From Octopus vulgaris (taxonomy: Eukaryota): 64,000 nt of DNA. A model generated the notes under the pieces. It saw only the letters and a program-made list of their open reading frames with translations. It was not told where the DNA came from and ran no database searches. The stretch spans positions 36,456,001-36,520,000 of the forward strand of contig OX597827.1 in NCBI GenBank assembly GCA_951406725.2. Direction: 5' to 3'. A program made the translations under genes and the position numbers. This document shows positions 53,748 through 64,000 of this stretch, piece by piece (within the stretch, counting starts at the first letter, position 1; the number at the start of each line of letters is the position of its first letter).

Positions 53748-54264
53748 GAGAGAGAGAGAAGTTAGGAGTCAGGTGAGGAACCAGTCCATTGGAAGGAGTT
53801 AAGAGGGGAAGAGGCGGGGAATTGTGTGCATTTAAAGGAAAGTATCTTTTGCCGGGAGATAGGCGTAAGGGGAAGCGTGAGTGGTGTGAGCTGCAGTGGT
53901 TAGCTGGGGTTGAGTGGAGTGGGATGCAAATGTGGTGAAAATTAGAGGAAGGCGTGGAAGCAGAAAAAACTGGGGGAAACAGCGGGGAAACGGTGTAATA
54001 GTTCACTCAGGTACAAATAAAGTAATAGTTACAAAGTAGATAAAGGTAGAAAATAAGTAGTGGAAAAAATAAATATCTGGTATACATGTATGTAGATAAA
54101 AGTGAAGAGAAATAACTCCGAGTGGCCTGTAGCTTGTATTTGAACAAAATACATAAACATCGGTATATCAAATACCAGAAAACTTGAACCCTTGAGTTAT
54201 TAAAATTATCTCCGTCTTTCGAGGATGTCACACACAACACAACACAACACACACGCACGCGGGT

Positions 54265-54310
<46 letters not shown>

Positions 54311-54426
54311 TGTTGCTTCTATTTGTTACTATATGTGTTAAATTGTTTATCTACAGGATAGAGAAAGACTATGGAAAGGAGAGTAAAGATAAAAGCGCAG
54401 AAGTTGTATCACAACGATATATAGAG

Positions 54427-54655
54427 GGCGGCGAGCTGGCAGAATCGTTAGCACGCCGGGCGAAATGCTCAGCAGTATTTCGTCTGTCGCTACGTTATGA
54501 GTTCAAATTCCGCCGAGGTCGACTTTGCCTTTCATCCTTTCGGGGTCGATTAAACAAGTACCAGTTACGCACTGGGGTCGATATAATCGACTTAATCCCT
54601 TTGTCTGTCCTTGTTTGTCCCTTCTGTGTTTAGCCCCTTGTGGGTAGTAAAGAAA
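54427..54655 (+). mobile_element. Full-length tRNA-derived SINE
   Basis: GGCGGCGAGCTGGCAGAATCGTTAGCACGCCGGGC head, gagttcaaattcc B box, gcctttcatcctttcggggtcgat core. At least 5 related copies in the window. Confidence 0.9.
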
Positions 54656-54662
54656 TAGATAT

Positions 54663-56340
<1,678 letters not shown>

Positions 56341-56379
56341 TATCCTTGTGAAAAACGCCAGTATTTTATTTTTAAAGTA

Positions 56380-58420
56380 GTGTACACGTAATGCCGCTCG
56401 TCTCATTTCAGAGTTGTCCATCCACCTGGGTGGACGACACTCCATTTGTGATCTTTGCAAGGCCATGGGGCCGACCTCTTTCTCTCTCTCTCTCTCTCTC
56501 TCCTTCGTCATTAGAGCAGCTAATAACCCTACGAACGTCTGAGATGTGACGCGGCATTCCGTCCCCTTAAATGTTATTCTGAGTGTTCACTGCACCTTTC
56601 CTTTCCTCTATTGAGTTGTGCACTGGAAATCAGGTGGCTTCGGCCACACTTCGTCTCCGATCGAGCATATGTAGACCCTTCCTCTCCTGACCGCTGTGGT
56701 GCTACGCTTAGGTATCTCCATTCGTACTGGAATACAATTCTTTGTGGAACCTACACCCTAACTTACACTACATTGGGTGACATATTGTACCAAAACTGCC
56801 TTAATGGAGGAGATGCGCCCACTCTCAGCTTTGGCTTTGATTGTGCGGAGGTGTCGTTCCACAATCCCATTTCCACTGGGCCTGCATGCAACTCTGAAAA
56901 AGTGTCTGATATTTCATCTTTCGAGCGTTTCCTTCAATTTTCCCGAAGGAAATGCTGTGCTGTTGTCCAGTAACAGCTCGTCCATTGGTACCCGTTTTTG
57001 GAATATCGTTTTCAGCTCCTTTGCAATTTCGGCCACAATCCTTTGCAATTTCGACCCTGATTTCCCTCCATATCGATATTCGCCCGGGCCCACAGTCAAC
57101 CATTGAAAGGTACAACCTTCCCTGATATTGTGTCTCATCTATCCTCTTCCAGTCTTCCTTCACTCGAACCTTTCCTATTTCATACACACTCAGTGCGGGG
57201 CCGATGGACTGACACCTATCACAACTCACAACTACCTTCCGAGTACTCTCCCTGGTAACATCAGAGTCAGCCTCCCTGGCCCAAAACAGGGTCCTGTCGA
57301 CTTCCATGTGATGCATACTGTGCAGCCTCCTCAGTTCTGAACCCTCCAGCAGACATGCTGTAGCCACTCCACTCAATAAATCCTCTATCACTTACAACCA
57401 GTGCTTTTTAATCCTGGTTAGAGCATTCTACCTATTTTTTTTCAGAAGACAAAGAAGCTGTTCGCAGCTTCAGGCTAAACTCAGCAGCTCGCGCTCACAA
57501 GATTCCCAAACGACGCTTAATTATCATTTCCGTGCTCCCCACCTTTTGCGCGAAGCCTCAGCACTAAGTTCACACCTTTCAACACAACATCTAGTTCAGC
57601 TAATTGATGCGAGTGTAGCCATCCTTCTTCCTAAGCCATGCTGCGTCTTCCACCTCAACGCTTCCCATTTCTAGAATGACTCCTATTGTTATGCAACCTG
57701 CATCACACCATAGATCCCTTTCTTTGCTTCGAGCGCATACCAGTTGCATTTCTCTGGCTTTTCCGATCTCACTCTCTCGTCTTGCATCCCACTTAATCAT
57801 CTCAGTTCATTCCATCAACTCACTTCTTGATGTAACTACAAGCCGTTCGACGCCATCTTGCAACAGGATAGTATCCTACCAGCCACCCACACTTTGAGGA
57901 TAGTTATCACCTGTTTATATTCTAGCATAGGTCTGTTGTATCATTTCTTCTCCGAAATAGGAGCCTGTTTGCTTTATCTCTTTCGGGCCGTTCCTCCCAT
58001 AGCCTCCAGCAGTTTTGCTGTCGATCCGAATTTTCTCAGATGATCCACAATTTCCTCTTCCGATGCTACATCCTAATCTAGAATGTCCTCATGTGTGTCG
58101 TTCTGCATCAACAATCACGTCTTATCCGCTAAGTTGATCCACTTCATCCACCTCTAGATACAGATTCAGTGCACTTCCCTCTAAGTAAAGTGGAATAAGT
58201 CTACGCATATCTTGAATGTCCTACAACTTCGTCACGAGCTTCATCTTGTTTTTATTCAGACCACCATGTCACCTTCGCAGGAAAACAGTCTCAAAACGTC
58301 ATTGCTAATCCTTATCCACGTAGCCTTCATAAGTGTCAGTGGTAGTATTTCCCCACAACAGATAAACAGCGTACCAAAATAGCTTGTAGGAGATACGGTA
58401 AAAATATGAATGCTCTTACT
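56380..58420 (-). mobile_element. Degraded Gypsy LTR retrotransposon (gag, RNase H, integrase, PPT, 3' LTR)
   Basis: IPLYLEGSAL (gag), LWCDA..IGVILE..EDAAWLR (RNase H), H..HH..C..C, LLLDNSTAF and GNGIVER (integrase). PPT AAGGGGACGGAA followed by TG at about 56556. Confidence 0.88.
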
Positions 58421-58553
58421 TCGAGACGAATTCAGAAGATCCACTTCACAAGGATCAGAACTTGTTGGATGTACCTTCAAGCGTACTCTACCCTAAACTC
58501 TGGCCAGTAACCACTCTCCCTCTGAAATTTCCTCCATATGTCCGTTCAACTCA

Positions 58554-59491
58554 TGTACTTTTTGGTTATCACACCCCATTAAGAAAATTGGGTTATTTCG
58601 CCCAGTTTTACGAGAAATATCGGTACTTTTGTTTATCTCACTCAACTAAAAAAATTGTTTAACTCTCAATAAAAAAATAAATAAATAAATAAATAAATAA
58701 ATAAAGTGTAAAAATTGATAAACATGAAAAGTGAAAAGATGAAGCATCGTTTTGAATCTGATAGTATTTTTATAACAAATCATACAAAACTGAAAAAAAT
58801 TAATAAACATGAAAGCTGAAAAAAATTAAACATCTTATTGAATCTGATAATATTTTTATAACAAATCATACCATGCCTATTGAGGAGACCAAACGTCAAC
58901 AATGTGTTGAAGTATTAAATCAAAAGGATCTAACTCTTTTAATCCAATCTCTTGTCGCCACGTTAACTCGATTTTTTAGTGGGGAGATAACCCAATTTGG
59001 ATCTTTTCGGTTTGAACGGTAATTTTTTCTAGCGCTGTCATATGAAATTGTCACCCATAATTATGACCCTAGTATCGATCTATTGCATTTCAATCTGTTT
59101 TAGAGTTAGGGTTAGTTAGGGTTAGTTGGGGTTAGGGGTGGGGGAAAGGGTATCTTTTTTCTTCAGAAATGTAAATAAACCCAATCTGTTTCTTAAACGA
59201 GGGACATATTCATACGGCACAAAATGTTTTCACCTCAATAGACATCATTGATTGGTTGAAATTGCAGAAATTGAAGAAAAAAATCAACAAATATCTTACA
59301 AACTATAGAATTTTCTCAATAAAGCCAAGAGAAAAAAATGTTTTATAGACACATTCTACCAGTATACGAAGTTTAAAAGTGTTTAGTTACGTGGAAATTA
59401 TATAAAAAAAAAAACTGCCGTTCAAACCGAAAAGATCCCCCAAATTTTTAATGATAATTTTTTAATGGAGATGAGATACCCAAAAAGTACC
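58554..59491. mobile_element. TIR element (GGTACTTTTTGGGTATC-type ends) hosting a nested MITE
   Basis: gtactttttggttatcacaccccattaa versus ttaatggagatgagatacccaaaaagtacc. TSD not evident. Confidence 0.6.
58999..59438 (+). mobile_element. Merlin-like MITE with internal TTAGGG-like tract, copy 1
   Basis: TIR GGATCTTTTCGGTTTGAACGG. 8-bp TSD cccaattt/cccaaatt. Confidence 0.85.
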
Positions 59492-60418
59492 TAACATTTT
59501 ACATACATGCATGCATACATATATGCATACATACATACATTCATACATACATACATGCATAAATACATACGTACGTACGTATTTAGTTCATACTTACATA
59601 CACACGATGGCATGCACACATGTTCACGTGCATTCAATCATACTTACATAGATATATACATACACATGCAAACGCATACAATACATACACATAAATTCAT
59701 ACACACAATTCATACAATACACATATACTTACACAACAAACATACATATGTACACACACTCTGATACATACACTTTGCACTAATTTACAGAAAGAGTTAC
59801 CTACTGGCGAAGTATTTCGGGCGAGGTCAGGAGGTCAAGTGTCAAGAAATGAACTAAGAAATACAGGGCACGTGCCGTGCATGCGTTGATTTAATTTTAC
59901 AGCATTTGTACTTGATATTGTGGCTATATGGTGGTGGTGGTGGTGGTGGTGGTGGCGGTGGTGGTAATTATGAGGTCGTATTGCTGTCGTAGCGAAATGG
60001 TGGTGGAATGGTTGTGGTGATGAAGAGATGGTATTTGTATGGTGGTGGTGTGTTATGTGATGAAATGGTGTGGTAGTAGAGGTGGTGACGATAGTGGTGC
60101 GATGGTTTGTGGAATTGTGTGGTTTTGGTAGTGGTGATGGTGCATAAATTATTAAATCAGACTGAGCAGACAAACCTATGATCAAAGACCTTGCAACCAT
60201 GACCATCACTTCTGGGGTTTGATATTTGTCACAGGTTTGGTGATCACGTCGTGGGTTTGGTGATGGTCTCAGATATGGTTGTTAATGCTGTTAACCCTCG
60301 TTCAGCCCTGAGAGAACAGACTTATGATACACAAGGGGTCTCAACAAAGAGTTAAGTACCATACTGTACACTCCGACGTTCCCTGGCAGACACTACATTT
60401 CTGTAACAATCCGACATA

Positions 60419-60865
60419 GGATTTTTTCGGTTTGAACGGCAGTTTTTAACATAATTTCTAGGTAACTAAAAATATTAAACTTCGTATACTGGTAGAATGT
60501 GTTTATAAAACATCTTTTTCTCTTGGCTTTATTGAGAAAATTCTATAGTTTGTAAGATATTTATTGGTTTTTTTTCTTTAATTTTTGCAATTTCAACCAA
60601 TCAATGACGTCTATTGAAGTGAAAACATTCTGTGTCGTATGAATATGTCCCTCATTTAAGAAACAGATTGGGTTTATTTACATTTGTGAAGAAAAAAAAG
60701 ATACCTTTCCCCCACCCTAACCCTAACCCTAACTCTAACTAACCCTAACTAACCTTAACCCTAAAATAGATTGAAATGCAATAGATCGATACTAGGGTCA
60801 TAATTATGAGTGACAATTTCATATGACAGCGCTAGAAAAAACTGCCGTTCAAACCGAAAAGATCC
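60419..60865 (-). mobile_element. Merlin-like MITE, copy 2 (inverted)
   Basis: Same TIRs. Perfect 8-bp TSD CCGACATA. Confidence 0.88.
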
Positions 60866-61345
60866 CCGACATACACTGGGGTGTAGTGTAATAGTCAGGA
60901 TATACTCTACTCTACTCTCTACAGTGTCTCTTCTATTTCTCCCCTCCCATACATTCTAGTAGTTACCATCGCTGAGAGGAGCAAGGTGGATACTGTTGAA
61001 GCAGGGCAGTTTCTGTTTCTCAACATCATTGTTGGTGGTTTGCTACCCAGCACGGAATTAGAGCTCAGTGAGCTCAGTGATGTTACAACTGTTTGTTTAT
61101 ATGTTACTTATGTTTGTCTGAACAGAATGGAAGAGATAGTATTGTTAGGATGGTGTTGTGGTAGTGTTATGCAGTATAAATGTATCTGAGCGTACAGCCG
61201 CAGAGTTTGAAGCGAGGTGGAATGAAATGTAGTGTAGCAACAAGCTGTAATATTTGAGACAGACAGACAGACAGACAGACAGACACACACACACACACAC
61301 GCACACACACACACACACTCCCCCCCACACACACACAACACACAC

Positions 61346-62052
61346 CAGTGGTGGCTAGTAGATAAAATTAGTGGGGGTGCTGCTTCAGAAAATTCTTAGC
61401 CTTTGCTTTAATATTGTGTAAAAGGAAACAAATATATAAAAAGGATATTTATACATAAACTTGATCGGTTTGTGTTTTAGCCACTGCCAAGTAGTGTGTT
61501 TAATTTGTTTACTGAAAACCACCGCTAATTCCCGCTTGTGTTTCAAAAATCCCCACTAAATCACAAAATAAGGGGGATGGAAATCTGCGCTATTTTTCAA
61601 ATCCCGGCAGCAACATTGTAGCTGGAAGCAGGATAATAATCTAATTCTACACTTTATCACATTCAAGAATATAAACACGTTTTTAAGCACAACACACGGG
61701 GAGTCAAAAAGAAACACTATCTTTCACCAGCACACCAGGGTCGGCACTGCGTGAACGACAGTGCTCTCTCTCCCTAGCGTGCAACTTCCTATCTGGGAGA
61801 TGTGAGCATGCTCACAACAGCCAAGCACCACGTTGCTGGGACTGTGAAGCGCCCAGTTCTATACAAGGTTTTTGCATTTATTTTCTTAAACTGGGGGATG
61901 GCTACTGACATTAAGCTTAAGGATTATATAATGTACAAGTATAAAGAAAGAATTAAAGAAAAAAAGGATCATTATATTGAATGTTATTGATAATATCGAG
62001 TGGAAATAGGAGGTGCTGCAGTTCGGCAGTGCCTATACACGAGCCTCCACTG
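61346..62052. mobile_element. hAT-like non-autonomous element
   Basis: TIR CAGTGG(T/A)GGCT(A/C)GT. 8-bp flanks ACACACAC on both sides, in a low-complexity target. Confidence 0.7.
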
Positions 62053-62389
62053 ACACACACATACATCTTAATACAGCAATGCAGTATATTTTTATGAAAT
62101 ATATACAGTATTCAACAGTCTAAATTTAAGCTAAAATACCTAATATAATGCCGTATGTAAATATGACAGCCATATGTAATAACTAATATCGTTGTGCTCT
62201 GAATGGAATCTTTTGTTTCTAATATGCGTGTCCACTCTGCCCAATGCATGTATTGAGTCCACATTTGAGCTATGGGTCTTCACAGATCTACACTGGACAT
62301 ATTTCACCCATCCCCCACATAAATATCATGTTTTAAAATTATAAACAATCATCGTATATTGACTACAGAAAATAGTCTAATACTTGAAT

Positions 62390-62570
62390 GCTTAGCGGCA
62401 TTTCGTCCGTCTTTACGTTCTGAGTTCAAATTCTGCAGAGGTCGACTTTGCCTTTCATCCTTTCAGGTTCGATAAAGTAAGTACTAGTCGAGCACTGGGG
62501 TCCATGTAATCGACTTACCCATCCCCGGAAAATGACCGACCTTGTGCCAAAATTGGAAACGAATATTAGT
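62390..62570 (+). mobile_element. SINE, 5'-truncated
   Basis: gagttcaaattc..gaggtcgactttgcctttcatcc. Confidence 0.8.
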
Positions 62571-62741
62571 GATTATAAACCCCGTAACGGGGAAAAAATG
62601 AGCATTAATATGCGTAGAAATCGAAAATAAGAAGTGTGATCGATTCTCACGCGTACTAATACTCAATTTTTTTTCCATGCGGGTGTTTATATGCCCTAAT
62701 ACTAGACTATTTTCTATAGTCAACATTCTTTCGCCACCATT

Positions 62742-63491
62742 GAATCTTTACTGTTTGGCCGCCAATTTTTCAATGTCTTCAATTTTGTTCCAATTGATTT
62801 CATATTTGGTGTATTGATGTAATTTTGTATGGTAATTATTGACATGTAATTCATTTTCGCCATAAATCAATAAGTAAAGAGTTAATAGCTTTTAAAGTTT
62901 ACAAATTTTAGGTAATTTTAACCAATCGATAGCCTGACATATAGGTGCCTGTTTCCATACTAACAAGCCAAGTTGTCACCAAGCTGATGACCAACTGAAC
63001 AGTCAGTCGGGTGGTCAGTTTTCGCTTATTGAATGCTTAAAACACATGAGATGTGCTAACAATAACAGGTAACCAGGCCTTAAATCACGCACCAAAATTC
63101 TTTTTTGGGGGAGGGTTGGTGCATAATCGTATGAATTTCCGCGTGTAGAATAGAAATTTGCCTACATTTTCTGAAAATTCCAAAAAATTATATGGGGTTA
63201 TGTGGCGCGCGTAAAGCAGAATTCTGCCAAAATTTAATTTTTTTAGTTTGATATTAAAACATGTGCTATCGTTGCAATGTTGACAACACGTGCAGTCACG
63301 CACAAAATGGCGGCTTCCAAATCCTGTTTTCTGAGTGGGTAAAATGATCAAACTTTAGACTTCTGTACCTTTTTGAAAAAACTTTCTAGAACAAGTGAGA
63401 TTCATCGTGAAAAATTACATCAATACACCAAGTTTGGAAATTTTCACTTAATTTTAAAATTTCAAAAAGTGCAGCCAAATAGAAAAGATCC
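62742..63491. mobile_element. Merlin-like MITE, 750 bp, second family
   Basis: Ends GAATCTTTACTGTTTGGC / GCCAAATAGAAAAGATCC. Perfect 8-bp TSD CCACCATT. Confidence 0.88.
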
Positions 63492-63748
63492 CCACCATTT
63501 CTTATTTCATGCAGAATTTTATAAATAATATCAATATGTAACATCAAATATTTAAATCTAATACCTATGTCATTGCAATATAAAACAATGTACGCCAGAT
63601 ATATCTAATAGAAAATACAAGCAAATACATAAAGAATTACGAATATTAAAATGAACAATTACGAGAATTAATATTTATTTTTATTGATATCCATATTTTT
63701 GCTGTATTTTACTTGTATATGCTTGAATGTATCTTTGCACACATACAC

Positions 63749-63806
<58 letters not shown>

Positions 63807-64000
63807 ACAAACACACACACATACACGCATTCACAGAAAAAGAGAGATAGAAAGAGAGAAGGTTGATTGAAAGAAGGAGTATAAAAGTGAGAGAGAAATG
63901 ATGGAAAAGATACGAGGCGAAATGCGGTCAATATGTGACCCCAAAAGGTCAGAGAGCCACGAGAAGAGACAGAAGGGGGAAGAAGAGAGAGAAGAGAGGT

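Noticed and set aside
59105-59145. TTAGGG repeats as an interstitial telomere
   Set aside because: They are internal to a TIR element present twice in the window.
59800-60209. His/Thr-rich minus-strand ORF (TTTPFHH) and a nearby gtag|gtaact donor as Hhex exon 1
   Set aside because: No eh1 motif (FxIxxIL). It is a low-complexity (CAC)n derivative with an in-frame TGA before the donor in the required phase.
62985-63020. CTGATGA followed by a hairpin as a hammerhead
   Set aside because: No GAAA or stem III after the hairpin. It lies inside a MITE.

Overview
This is eukaryotic, AT-rich DNA dense in repeats and microsatellites. The repeat landscape (tRNA-derived SINEs, (TAA)n-targeting R4/Dong LINEs, very abundant SSRs) suggests an octopus or other coleoid cephalopod, which is an inference. 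One host gene is well supported: Hhex on the minus strand. Three coding exons are visible with canonical splice sites and the vertebrate-like exon layout: 49970-49783 (homeodomain N-part), 23924-23874 (helix 3, VKTWFQNRRAKWRRLKQ) and 21299-21021 (acidic C-tail with stop). Exon 1 was not found and probably lies beyond 64000. The intron splitting the homeobox is about 25.9 kb. Almost everything else is transposon-derived: R4/Dong, RTE and Tx1 LINEs, Penelope-like elements (PLEs), Gypsy, Tc1/mariner, Tigger, Helitrons, GG-ended 8-bp-TSD (Merlin-like) MITEs, hAT, SINEs and an ~85-bp satellite. The most unusual signals not shown by the ORF track are a set of type I hammerhead-ribozyme motifs from several unrelated repeat families (cores CUGAAGA, UUGAUAA, CUGACGA, CCGAUGA, CUGUNGA), several long fold-back palindromes, an intact triple zinc-finger RTE-type tail ORF antisense to the probable Hhex 3'UTR, and small non-repetitive motif clusters that may be Hhex enhancers. 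All calls were made by eye; no searches or folding programs were run.
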